Below are positions 1 to 10,863 of a stretch of 51,763 nucleotides of DNA, piece after piece (within the stretch, counting starts at the first letter, position 1; each line of letters starts with the position of its first letter). The stretch lies in assembly GCF_001194135.2 (NCBI RefSeq), contig NC_068985.1, positions 43,805,101-43,856,863 of the forward strand. The letters are read 5' to 3'. The DNA is from Octopus bimaculoides (Eukaryota). A program made the translations under genes and the position numbers. The notes under the pieces were generated by a model. The model was given only the letters and a program-made list of their open reading frames with translations. It did no database searches and had not been told where the DNA came from.

Positions 1-414
1 GCCTCTACGAAAAGAAAAAGAAAGGTGAGCAACAATGGTTGCTCACCAGTTGAAACAGAGGTTGAGGGGGAGGTAAAGATCTCCTCGGGTATGCCGAAGG
101 AGGCCCTAACCCCCGAAACCTCTAAAAGGAAGAAGAAAAGAAAGAGAGGTGGGAAGAGGCCGGCGGACGTTTATGTGCCGCCGACCGAACCAGTCACCCC
201 TCTGGAGGGAAATGTACCATCGGAGAGGGAGGTCCTGTCAGCGGGAGTTGTGCCGTTGGCGGGACAAGGTGAGATCCCTCCCCCTGAGGAGGAGGAGGAG
301 GAGGAGTGTCTCCTCCTGTACCTCAGAGGTGGAGAGGTGGAAGAACGCTGTCCAAAATTGAAAATGTGTGAAGTCAACCGAGTTATTTGGGATTGTTTTT
401 TGAGCTGTGTGTAA
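1..414 (+). mobile_element. C-terminal part of a gag/ORF1-like retroelement protein (unit 1)
   Basis: Open frame from base 1 to TAA at 414 (ASTKRKRKVSNNGCSP... basic NLS-like tracts, poly-E). Bases 1-90 are clearly paralogous to 1535-1625 of the zinc-knuckle ORF downstream. Confidence 0.55.
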
Positions 415-625
415 TTTATTGTGTTTCAATTTTTTTCAGTAAATTTCGTATAGCTCTGGGGCAGTTCCGTTTGCTTTCGGCGGCTTTAAGTCGTTGCTCA
501 TTTAGTGAGAAAATTGTGTTTCGTGAAAACTTTTTGTGTCTCACCTTGCGAGAATTGTTGTTTTTGTGGGCGTATCTCGCTTCCGAAAAACCTGTGAAAA
601 TTCTGCTGCTGTGGCCCTGGATTAC

Positions 626-729
626 CTTTATTGGAATACCTTTACTGGAATACTTTTATTTTGGAGTACCTTTACTGGAATACTTTTATTTTGGAGTACC
701 TTTATTAGAATACCTTTATTGGAATACCT
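626..729 (+). repeat. Short tandem repeat (30-bp unit ACTGGAATACTTTTATTTTGGAGTACCTTT built from 14-16 bp subunits) in the putative 3' UTR of unit 1
   Basis: Two exact 30-bp copies plus flanking degenerate TGGAATACCTTT subunits. Confidence 0.85.
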
Positions 730-769
730 GTGGGTATTGCTGGTGGCCGGAATTGTGTTGCTGTGACTT

Positions 770-1183
770 NNNNNNNNNNNNNNNNNNNNNNNNNNNNNNN
801 NNNNNNNNNNNNNNNNNNNNNNNNNNNNNNNNNNNNNNNNNNNNNNNNNNNNNNNNNNNNNNNNNNNNNNNNNNNNNNNNNNNNNNNNNNNNNNNNNNNN
901 NNNNNNNNNNNNNNNNNNNNNNNNNNNNNNNNNNNNNNNNNNNNNNNNNNNNNNNNNNNNNNNNNNNNNNNNNNNNNNNNNNNNNNNNNNNNNNNNNNNN
1001 NNNNNNNNNNNNNNNNNNNNNNNNNNNNNNNNNNNNNNNNNNNNNNNNNNNNNNNNNNNNNNNNNNNNNNNNNNNNNNNNNNNNNNNNNNNNNNNNNNNN
1101 NNNNNNNNNNNNNNNNNNNNNNNNNNNNNNNNNNNNNNNNNNNNNNNNNNNNNNNNNNNNNNNNNNNNNNNNNNNNNNNNNNN
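770..1183. other. Assembly gap (N)
   Basis: N run. Confidence 1.
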
Positions 1184-1876
1184 CCCGAGTGGATAGAGGA
1201 TTCTTTCCGCCGGGGTCTGGGCAGCACCGGAACCAAGCTCCTCAATGTAAAAATTTTGCCAGCAATTGACTGGGAGGGGTCAAAATCGGTGTTGACCCTT
1301 TGGTCCCAGTCGATTGCGAGTCTGGTGTTTCCAGACTTTTTAAGGACGGCTCAGGCAAGGTATCCAGTGATTTTGGAAGGACGCCCTCCTAAATGTCACA
1401 AGTACCTTGAATCCGGCCATTTAAAAAAGAACTGTCCCAAGGGCCGAGGTAAGGCCCCGGAGCAGAGGAAAAAAGAGAATGTGTCCTCCGCCCCACCATT
1501 GGAGGGGGAGACGAAGGAAGTCGTGGAGGCCCTCGCCTCCACGAATAGAAAGAGGAAGGTGAGCAACGGTGGTTGCTCACCAGGAGAAATAGAGGTTGCG
1601 GGAAAGGAGGAAGACACCTCGGGTTACCTCAAGGGAGGGCCCGTTGAAAAGTGTCTGGATGATCTATTTGACCGTGAGCGTTACGACTCGGTATTAATAG
1701 ACCATCCACGTTGGCCTCCGCAGGTGCCTGCGGAGGACTTAAATCATAGTGAAGTCATGGAGGTCGAAAAGACCTGTCAAAAAGAGGATTTTATTTACGC
1801 TCTTCCGGGCTTGCCACTGCGAGATCTCCTGATGGCGACGAGACACTTGCTTGGAGGCCCGGATGAGGAAGATTAG
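1184..1876 (+). mobile_element. gag/ORF1-like protein with a degenerate CCHC zinc knuckle (L1/Tx1-type ORF1-like; unit 2)
   Basis: Frame open from the gap edge (PEWIEDSFRRGLG...) to TAG at 1876. YPVILEGRPPKCHKYLESGHLKKNCP fits CX2CX4HX4C with the second C changed to Y, preceded by the GxP motif usual in non-LTR ORF1 knuckles. No RT ORF follows. Confidence 0.65.
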
Positions 1877-2100
1877 ATCTTTAAAAAGAACTTTTATTGA
1901 ACTTTATTGAACTGCCATTGGATTTTTGACTTTTATTGGATTTGTATTGAACAATGTTTTCGAGGGGTTATCGATCGGCGGGCGTCGGTGCCTCTCTCAT
2001 TTTTATTCACCTTTTGTTATCATCCTCATCACATTTATGTCTTTGTTCCGCCCGCAGCTACCACTCTATGTACAGCCCTTGTGGCTAATTCAATGAAATA

Positions 2101-2298
2101 AAGAAGCTTGCTTCCCAACCACACAGTTCCGAGTTCTGTCGCACTACGTGGCACCTTGGGCAAGTGTCTTCTGTTATAACACCAGGTTGACTAAAGCCTT
2201 GTGAGTGGATTTGGTAGACGGAAACTGAAAGAAGTCCGTTGTATATATGTATATATCAATGTGTGTGTGCTTGCTCCCCACCACCACTTTACAATCGG
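2101..2298 (+). mobile_element. tRNA-derived SINE family D, 5'-truncated
   Basis: GCTTGCTTCCCAACCACA..GGCACCTTGGGCAAGTGTCTTCT..GGTAGACGGAAACTGAAAGAAG, homologous to copies at 9.0-9.4, 14.8-15.1 and 47.7-47.9 kb. Confidence 0.8.
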
Positions 2299-2625
2299 TG
2301 TTGGGACTGATATATCGATAAGGGGGCATTTTTTCTCCTCATGACTCTTGACAACAATATCTAGTTGATTAGTCTTGATCTCCTTGGCTGGGTGTATTGG
2401 CATATCCCAGGGTAAGGTGTCTTTGCCATTCTTGGGGACCTTTTCTGGTTTATCTCTGTACCATCTCTTTTCTGTCGGTATTTCATAATACTGGTATTAC
2501 ATGTATGTAAGTTTCTGGTTATCCAGTGTACGTAAGTTTAAACTCTATCATGTTTGTGGATGTAGTTTTTCTTAGCTAAGACTAGGCACCCCATCTCCAT
2601 ATATTCTGCAGTGACTGTATTCTGC
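2299..2625 (-). mobile_element. Decayed non-LTR retrotransposon fragment, restriction-like endonuclease domain (R4/Dong-like)
   Basis: Minus-strand translation ...HKHDRV..VHW..KRWYRDKPEKV...WDMPIHPAKEIKTNQLDIVVKSHEEKKCPLIDISVP matches the RHD...W...PD(I)...D RLE signature. Confidence 0.8.
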
Positions 2626-3522
2626 TTTATTATATGCTGTTGGTGGATTCTAGAATGCAGAACAAAAGATTGCAGTCGTTCAATTAAGTTTTGGTACAGA
2701 AATACCTTAGGCACTTACAGAAGGACTACTAAGATTATATAACACACCTTTGGATTAGCGAAGCTAAAAACCTTACACATCCGGACGTTAGTACTGTCTC
2801 ATTATCTAACCGAGAATTTGTCTTTTCTATGCATACAATGACATTTCAATTTGTCATTAAGTTTTAGGTATACGGCAATAAATATATAATATCAAGTCAT
2901 CATTTATGTATATTTCGTCTACCCCATTAAATTGTCACTGATCTCATTAACAGATATAACAAAAGGTTGTCTGAAACAGATCTATAGATTTTGTTGAAGG
3001 CAAAACTCGTTCAAAAGTACTAAACGGATGGAATTGGTAATATCGATTTATTTTTCGCTTTCAATAGATTAACTCTCTATGGGATTTTAAATGAAAGAAT
3101 CTATCTGCTTATTCTAATATGGCAAGAACCACTTCTTTGTGACACTGAGTCGGAATATTCGGCGTCGGGATGCCAGTTAAAAGCTGGGGTTTTTTCCTTA
3201 GTAATTCCCCGTTAAAAACGGTTTTCTCTACATTATACGTACCCGCCTCTCACTTGTAGATAGAGTATAAAAGTTAATATAATGTTAAATGAGCATGTGC
3301 CTATGATCTGAGGTGTACATGTATATAATAATGTGTATGCATATAGTTTTCTATTCAATTATATAACACATGCCTGCTTGGGCTTATTTATATAATTATA
3401 TATGTTTATTCATACATACATACTCTGTTGTTGATGTTGAAGTTCTAATGTAGGAGCCTTGGATCTAGGTTAGAAACCGACTCTTTCTTTATTAGCAAGA
3501 AATCTTGAAATAAAACTGAATG

Positions 3523-3563
3523 ACATACATACATACATACACACACACACATATATTCCGTGC

Positions 3564-3600
<37 letters not shown>

Positions 3601-3657
3601 CATATGTCTACATACAGGCACACAAACACATACATACATACATACACGCGCGCGCGC
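3523..3657. repeat. Compound microsatellite (TACA)n/(CA)n/(TA)n/(CG)n
   Basis: Directly visible. Confidence 0.9.
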
Positions 3658-4416
3658 CCAAACCATCACTGGCCCTGTACAAAACACTTCACCTAACACT
3701 TCCTTCTCAGAACATCAGCCTTCTGGAATTCCGTCCTTGCACATGTATTTCATACTACTATCACCTTGCAACAATCCATAAGAAACATTAAGCTCATCAG
3801 TCTCACTCAAAGGACTGAGAAGGCTGATGAGCTTTCTCAAAGCTTCCTCCAGACCCCCACCTCCTAAAATGGAGTTCAGCGACCAAGTTGGTTCGTTATT
3901 TCCATTTAGTTTTGTCACCGTTGTTTAATTTGAATCACTGTGATTCCAATCTATTATATCATAGTGCTAACGATAGATTCCTGTAGTGTAAAAAAATTTG
4001 TCCCGCTGTGGAAAAGGGATGGTAAAAGAGTGTGTGCGATAGGAGATCAGACATACACACATTCACAAGCATATGAATGCTATTGATGCACAACTACATA
4101 CATGCACACAGACGACAATTATCTGAGAGTGTGTATGAGAAAGTGTGTCAATAGGAGTATGTGTATATGTGCACAGGCCATTAGCATTCGTATGAGTGTG
4201 ACTATGCGTATGTGTGTACGTGCCTACTGGCGTTTGTTTAATTTCCTCTCTTTTACTATTTACCTGACGATTTAATGCAAGCGTTTTAGAGCAAGTCATT
4301 GTCATGAAGATTGAACGTCTATCTATGCTATTTTCCATATAGTAATTACTGTCTTTTTAACTTCTTTCGTAAAATGTGTGTAGCGGCATGTCCTGGATAT
4401 GGAGACTTTTCAACTA

Positions 4417-5365
4417 TCTATATACTAATCCTATCTTTCTATCTTTCTTTGTAAAAGATGTGCAACGGTACATACTGGATACTGGTGTCATCGACAATGT
4501 GAAAATCAAGTGATTCTTAAAACATTTTATTACCGAAACAGAATTTGGTATGTTACGGCGGACAATGATCATAGAACGCGACAGCGAGAATTGAATAGAA
4601 AGAGGCAGAGAAGATATAGGGAAAAATTAAGGGAATGGCAAAAAGAAGAAAGAAGAATTAGGAGTAAAGAAAGCAGAATCAAGAAGACTAGGAGAATTAA
4701 CTGAGGAGGAAAGGAGTAAAATTAATGCAAGAAATGGAGCTCGAAGGTATCATCTGCTTAACGATGAAACTGAAGTTAATAGGGAAAAAATAAGAATTGT
4801 TAATCAAAAAAAGAGGCAAATGATAGGCGATGATGACAGACAAAAATATTTTGCGCAAGTCAGAATGAGGAAACAAGTTACAAGCGAATAGACAACGTTT
4901 TCTAGAAATTAGTCCAAGAATTATAAAGGTAAATAAAAGGATATTATTACCGAAATGTTTATGAAGGCGCATGGCTCAGTGTTTAGGACATCGGGCTCAC
5001 AATCATGAAGTAGTGAGTTCGATTCCCGGACCGGGCTGTGTTGTGTTCTTGAACAAGACATTTTATTTCACGTTGCTCCAGTTCACTTAGCTGTAGAAAT
5101 GAGTTTCGAAGTCACTGGTGCCAAGCTGTATCGGCCTTTGCCTTTCCCTTGGATAACATCGGTGAAGTGGGGAATGGAAGCTGGTATGCATGGGCGACAG
5201 TTTGTCTTCGATAAACAACCTTGCCCAGACTTGTGCCTGGGAGGGTAACTGTCTTGGTGCAATCCTATGGTCATTCATGATCAAAGGGGCTCTCTTATTA
5301 CCGAAATATTTATAGCTGATATTGCACCACAAAATGGGGCGGGGAATTTCCACAGGTTCTGCTAG
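4417..5365 (+). mobile_element. Probable non-autonomous Helitron with a nested SINE
   Basis: 5' A|TCTATATACTAAT at 4417 and 3' CTAG|T at 5362-5365, with a short imperfect hairpin (GGAATTTCC core) about 10 nt upstream; no TSD. The interior is a decayed R/E/K-rich coiled-coil-like frame. Confidence 0.55.
4963..5294 (+). mobile_element. Full-length tRNA-derived SINE family C with 19-bp TSD
   Basis: A box TGGCTCAGTG, B box GTTCGATTCC, central GTTGTGTTCTTGAACAAGAC block. TSD TTATTACCGAAAT(G/A)TTTAT at 4944-4962 and 5295-5313. Confidence 0.9.
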
Positions 5366-5533
5366 TTTCTTATTAAAGTGATACTCTGCTTTCTCTATGA
5401 ACCTTGGCTGGAAAGCAGAGAAATAATTCGTTTAGGGAGTCTCAAAGTAAAAGGAAAAACAAAAAAAAAATCAATAGGAATAATCAATCATAGTTTATGT
5501 TGAAATACAAAACGATCAATATATGTTAATTGT

Positions 5534-5856
5534 GTGGAGGCGCAATGGCCCAGTGGTTAGGTCAGCGGATTAGCGGTCATAGGATCGCGGTTTCGATTCC
5601 CAGACCGGGCGTTGTGAGTGTTTATTGAGCGAAAACACCTAAAGCTCCACGAGGCTCCGGCAGGGGATGGTGGAGAACCCTGCAGTAATCTTCCACCGCA
5701 ACTTTCTCTCACTCTTACTTCCTGTTTCTGTTGTGCCTGTAATTCAAAGGGCCAGCCTTGTCACACTGAATATCCCCAAGAACTACGTTAAGGGTACACA
5801 TGTCTGTGGAGTGCTCAGCCACTTGCACGTTAATTTCACGAGCAGGCTGTTCCGTA
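5534..5856 (+). mobile_element. tRNA-derived SINE family B, 3'-shortened, with 11-bp TSD
   Basis: Head GGAGGCGCAATGGCCCAGTGGTTAGG..GGTTTCGATTCC. TSD ATGTTAATTGT at 5523-5533 and 5857-5867. Homologous to 20606-20780 and 39377-39753. Confidence 0.9.
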
Positions 5857-6139
5857 ATGTTAATTGTATGAGCAAGAGATGTGGTTGTCGCATAGAAGAC
5901 AGTTTAGAGAATCGTCTCTATGAAATTGTTGTCGTTGTTGCTGTTTAGCTCCAGACCGACCCTTATTGAGCAGACCTAATGAGTAGGCGTATGGTAGCAA
6001 TGACCATGGGTATCAGTCAAGTACTGAGGTCGAATTAATCGTGTTGCTTCCCTCCCGCCGCTAGCGATGTGGCCTTGTGCTTATGTTAGATATCATGATG
6101 TACGTCGTAAGATTTTATGCGTGTGGCACTGTCTATGGA

Positions 6140-6157
6140 ATGTATGTGTATGTATAA

Positions 6158-6195
<38 letters not shown>

Positions 6196-6380
6196 CTGTC
6201 TGTCTGTCTGTGTATACATATACATTTATGTATATGTGTGTATGCACACACACACACACACATATACACACACGCACTTAAGTGTATGTATATGTATGCA
6301 TGTATGTGTGATTAGTTTCTGTATGCATATGTCTATCTGTACGAATGTTCATGTGAGGCTGCATTAATGTATATGTATGT
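6140..6380. repeat. Degenerate (TA)/(TG)/(CA) microsatellite tract
   Basis: Directly visible; the source of several spurious ORFs. Confidence 0.85.
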
Positions 6381-7309
6381 CTCTCCTAAGAGCCCGTAAG
6401 TTGTTAACCTGTAAGTGTTATATGAACAGAATGGGATTACAAAGACATCAGTATTTTTTTTCTCTTCTCATTACAGTTGAACATCTTATTTCCTGTGCCA
6501 AACTGACCTTTAAATGTTCGCTCTAGTTCCGTGAAAATATTAATTGGGCTAGACTTAAATATTTAAAATGGAAATAGGTTAGCACGTTTCTTGAATTATA
6601 AACTAGTTTCCTTCTAAAATAATTCCTTCAGTTTCATTAAAATTTATCTTCTAATATTCCTATATTTAAAAATTTTATTTTTCAAGAAATACGTATTTGG
6701 CGACTTGGCAAATGTTGAAGACCAATATTTTAAAACAGTAATGCTTATTGCCCGAATAATTTTGCAGTATTAAAGGTCAACCACTTAGTATTCTAAAATC
6801 ATTCGAGGTGCGGTGAACAGTAATTGTTTCTTACAGCTCGGTTTGCAGGCATGAAGATTAGTACATCATCTTAGTATAAGGTTATTTATTTGTTTTTAAC
6901 CACCGATAAAGGACAAATGGGTAGAATGTCGGTTTAAAAAAGACTTTACTAGTCGGGTGGATAGTGCTCCAGGCATTAAAACTGAGGATAGTAGATTGAA
7001 TTCTATCGTGATATGCGTGGTTGCTCGATCTGCTAGAAATAGTTCTATTATTTTAATTAAGAAAAGATATATTAGATTGTCTGGTTGTCCTGAAGCATAG
7101 CCGTCATTCGCATTGAATAACTTGGTGGTAAGAACAATGTTTTTGTTATGTAGTCACTTACAAATATAGACTCCTTCTTGACTCTGCGACACACTTAGCC
7201 CCATGGAACATCCAGAACGTAACAACTAGCACGAGAGACGATTGCACTAGCACTAGACTGGAACTGATAATAAATCGAGTTGACTGGAACACTGTGAAAG
7301 GAAATGATC

Positions 7310-7968
7310 ATCGTTTCAAATTTTGGCACTTGCTCAGAAAGTTTGGTGGGAGACAGTTGATCACACCGGTCCCAGTGCTCAATTCATTCTTTATTTCATC
7401 GATCCCCGAATGAATGAAAAGCAAAGTTGACCGCGACGGCATTTGAACTTGGAACGTAAAGTATTTTGTCCGAAGTGCTTAACGATTCTGCTAGTTCTAT
7501 GCCGTATGAATGAAAGAATATTCTTTTCTACTCTAGGCACAATGCCCGAAGTTTTGGGGGAGGGAGCCAGTCGATTAGATCGACCCCCAATGCTGAACGA
7601 GTACTTATTTTATCGATGCCGAAGGATGAAAAGCAAAGTCGACCTCAATGGCATTTAATCTCAGAACGCAGAGATAGACAAAATGCCGTTAAGCAATTTG
7701 TCCAGTGTGCAGATGGTTTTGCCATCTCGCTGCTTTAAACGAAGTGATAATATTGGTTTCCTGTTTTGGTACAATGCCAAAAGTTTTGCGGGAGGTGCCA
7801 AAATAATTAAATCGATTCCAGTTCTCAACTGGTACATATTTTATCGACTCCGAAAGGATGAAAAGCAAAGTCAATCTCGGCAGAATTTGAATTCAGAACG
7901 TAGAGACGGACGAAATGCTGCTAAGCATTTTGCCCGGCGTGCTAACGATTTTGCCTGCTCACTGCCTT
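7310..7968 (-). mobile_element. Three tandem minus-strand copies of SINE family A (about 7310-7505, 7525-7737, 7752-7968)
   Basis: Each carries the reverse complement of GGCGAGCTGGCAGAATCGTTAGC...CTGAGTTCAAATT...GTCGACTTTGCCTTTCATCC. The third is flanked by an imperfect repeat TAAAC(G/A)AAGTGAT(A/G)ATAT. Confidence 0.85.
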
Positions 7969-7989
7969 AAACAAAGTGATGATATCAAC

Positions 7990-8200
7990 GAGCAGCGAGC
8001 TGGCAGAATTGTTAGCGCGTTGGGTAAGATGCTCAGCAGCATTCCATTTGTCTTTACGTTCTGAGTTCAAATTCCACCGAAGTCGACTTGGCCTTGATCC
8101 TTTCGGAGTCGATAGAATATGTACCAGGTGACCCTTGGGGTCGATGTAATCGACTTGCACCCTCCCCTAAAATTGCTGGGCTTATGTCAAAATTTAAAAC
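7990..8200 (+). mobile_element. SINE family A, plus strand, head-to-head with the preceding copy
   Basis: GCAGCGAGCTGGCAGAATTGTTAGC..GAGTTCAAATTCCACCGAAGTCGACTTGGCCTTGATCC. Confidence 0.85.
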
Positions 8201-8527
8201 CAATATTGATGTGCTGTAGCACGTACACTGTACTGCGCAGTTCAGGAATCGAACTCACGATTTTATGTAAGGTCAACATCTTAACCAGTAGACGATGCGA
8301 ACTACATACCTCTAAAACGATGGAATGGTTATAACTGGTACGCTTTTCATCATAGGTCTGATCGATAGGAATGAGCAATAACAATATGGCTGAGTCTGAA
8401 GCAAGGATATTAGACATTTATTCTAAAGTTGCACAGTCTACCTAATTAACATCCGCTAATACAGTACAATTGGCGTGAATTTGATTGGTTTGCAGTACTG
8501 AGTTTACTATCCCCGCCACAGATGAAA

Positions 8528-8709
8528 TATTGGTTTCAAATTTTGACACAAGGCCAGCAAGTTCGGAGGAGGGCAAAGTCGATTACATCGATCCCGAAAG
8601 GATAAAACGCAAAGTCGACTTGGGTGGAATTTGAACTCAGAACGTAAAGACGGATGAGATGTCACTCAGCATTTTGCCCGGCATAACGATTTTGCCAGCT
8701 TTCCGCCTT
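8528..8709 (-). mobile_element. SINE family A
   Basis: Same diagnostic blocks as the 7.3-8.2 kb copies. Confidence 0.8.
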
Positions 8710-9044
8710 ACCCCCCCCCCCAATCCCAGTGAAATATTACTGCTAAAGACTAACAAGCCTGTGCAGGGGAAGTTTATTTCTGTTGAAGTAATGGAAACTA
8801 GACATTAAATAATAGCTTAGAGTACTTTTGAGGCCCGTAAAAATGCATCTAGGTTTCTATAATTTCAGGCACAGCTGAGTGGTTAAAACGTTTGGGTATC
8901 ATTTTAACCAATAAAAAAGCAGTAAATAATTTTTGCTTCCTGTTACTAAGTTCTTAGCATTTTACTTGCTAAAAGAACTTTTTTAAACAAATGTCATAAA
9001 AATGAATTAAAGCATAAATTTTAGACATGTTTTACCTCTTACTT

Positions 9045-9425
9045 TTTTTTTTACTTGTTTCAGTCATTAGTCTGCGGTCATTTTAGGCCACTGACTTGAA
9101 GGGTTTGGGTGGAAAAACTCGACCCCTGTACTCATTCATTAAGTCTAGTACTTATTCTATCAGGATCTCTTGCGTCGAACCGCTAAGATACGGGAATGTT
9201 AGCAAGACAACATCAGTTGTCAAGTGGTAGGGGAAAACAATGACACGCATGTGCACATACGATGGAAATCTATAATGTTTCCTTCTACTAAATTCGTTCA
9301 CAAAGTTTAGGTTGACGCAGGGCTTTGGTAAGAAACATTTGTCCAAGGTGCTGTGCAGTGGGATTGAATCCGAAACCACATGGTTGCAAAGCTAGCTTCT
9401 TAACCACACGAACATGACTGTGCTT
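9045..9425 (-). mobile_element. SINE family D, near full length
   Basis: Reverse-complement tRNA-like head (GTGTGGTTAAGAAGCTAGCTT..GGATTCAATCCC) and tail TGACTGAAACAAGTAAA. Confidence 0.8.
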
Positions 9426-9924
9426 ATAAAATTAAAAAAAAAAACTGTGAGGTGAAAACTAGGAATCCATCCAAATACTTTAAATGTCTTACATTGTATT
9501 CTAGTCGTCAAAATCGCTGTCAAGGATTATTTATTGTTAATAACTGACATATCGAATAATGCTATTGCATTTTCTAGATTCAATTAAGCAAATATTATAC
9601 AGCATCCTTATATTGGTTAATGGGTTCATTCACTGGACTCCACATGATTCTGAAGTGTGTTGGCTGTCTCCGAGACACCTGATACTTTATAGATAGAATT
9701 AATTAGCTCTCTGAAGATTTTATTTTGTACTAAAGACTATTCCATTGAAATATGGTAAAATATTCACGTCTGTATCAGTCCTACCTTTTCTTTTTATTGC
9801 TTCACACCTAATTATTTTAAGCGTTTTCATATCTAATCGAAACAATGTTATTAAGGAGGCGAGTTGGCAGAATTGCTAGTACACTGCGGACAATATTTCT
9901 CATAATATGTAGGGAATGTTATCG

Positions 9925-10137
9925 TTTGAAAAATATTGGCACATGGCCAGCAATTTCGGGGGAGGGACAAAGTCGATTACATCGACCTTAGTATTCAACT
10001 GGTACATATTTTATCGACCACGAAAGGATGAAAGGCAAAGTGGACCTTGGCTGAATTTGAACTCAGAACATAAGGACGGACGAAATGTTGCTAAGCATTT
10101 TGCACGGCGTCCTAACGATTCTGCCACCTTACCGCGT
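9925..10137 (-). mobile_element. SINE family A (a plus-strand head fragment lies at about 9855-9890)
   Basis: Diagnostic family A blocks. Confidence 0.8.
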
Positions 10138-10225
10138 TAGTTGTATTATATATATATATATATATATGAATGTAATAATAATAGAAATAAAGTGTATAAC
10201 ATATAGTGTAATAATTATATTCGCG

Positions 10226-10863
10226 GGATCTATTTTAAAACGGGGGCGCCAGTTTTCATTTATGTTTTATGTAGTGTTTTTGGTACGGAAAGACTTTCAA
10301 ACTTCGTATACTTATCTATTTTGTGTTATAGAACAGAAAAATATTTTTGTATTCGAATTTATTTCATGTAAAAAATTGTCCTATTTCGATAATTTCTACT
10401 AATCACTGACGTCTATTCAGTTGAAAACAGTTAGCGCTGTAACGGTGTATATCGTATTAATCCCCTAACCCTAACTAGACTGTTAACCGTAACCCTAACC
10501 TTAAAACTAACCCTAACTCTAGAATCCGAACTCTAAAATTGTTACACACATAGATACGCACAGCGTAATTTATTATATAAACAATATATGCGTATAAATT
10601 ACGATTAAACCGGATGAAATACGTCACAGGGAATAACATTTTTATGACCGCCCAGCAGTAACTCTATTGAGCTGAATAGACGTCAGTGATTGGTTGAAAT
10701 TACAGAAATACGACAACTTTAACATGGAATAACTTGCGAATTCCTTTTTTTTGTTAAGAAGACTAAGAGTAAAAGATGTTTTATATGACACATTCTACCA
10801 GTGTCCCAAGTTTCAAAGTGTTTCGTTAAGAAAATACTGGCGCCCCCGTTTTAAAATAGATCC
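10226..10863. mobile_element. MITE with GGATC-ended TIRs, 8-bp TSD and internal CCCTAA-type repeats (possibly Merlin-like)
   Basis: TIRs GGATCTATTTTAAAACGGGGGCGCCAGT / ACTGGCGCCCCCGTTTTAAAATAGATCC. Exact TSD TATTCGCG at 10218-10225 and 10864-10871. Inner inverted repeat AATCACTGACGTCTATTCAG. CCCTAA variants at about 10460-10520. Confidence 0.9.

Noticed and set aside
387-1269. Long ORFs spanning N runs (also 13721-14170, 28455-29634, 50055-51123)
   Set aside because: They are open only because Ns translate as X.
3824-3845. Hammerhead at CTGATGA-GCTTT(CTC)AAAGC
   Set aside because: The essential GAAA after stem II is absent (TTCC instead).
3715-3918. 67-aa minus-strand ORF as a host exon
   Set aside because: GTG start, no recognisable domain and no convincing splice pair.
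5536-5610. tRNA-like sequences with A and B boxes (also at about 4965, 20606, 39377, 47400)
   Set aside because: They are SINE heads: each continues into a shared body, some have TSDs, and none gives a clean cloverleaf.
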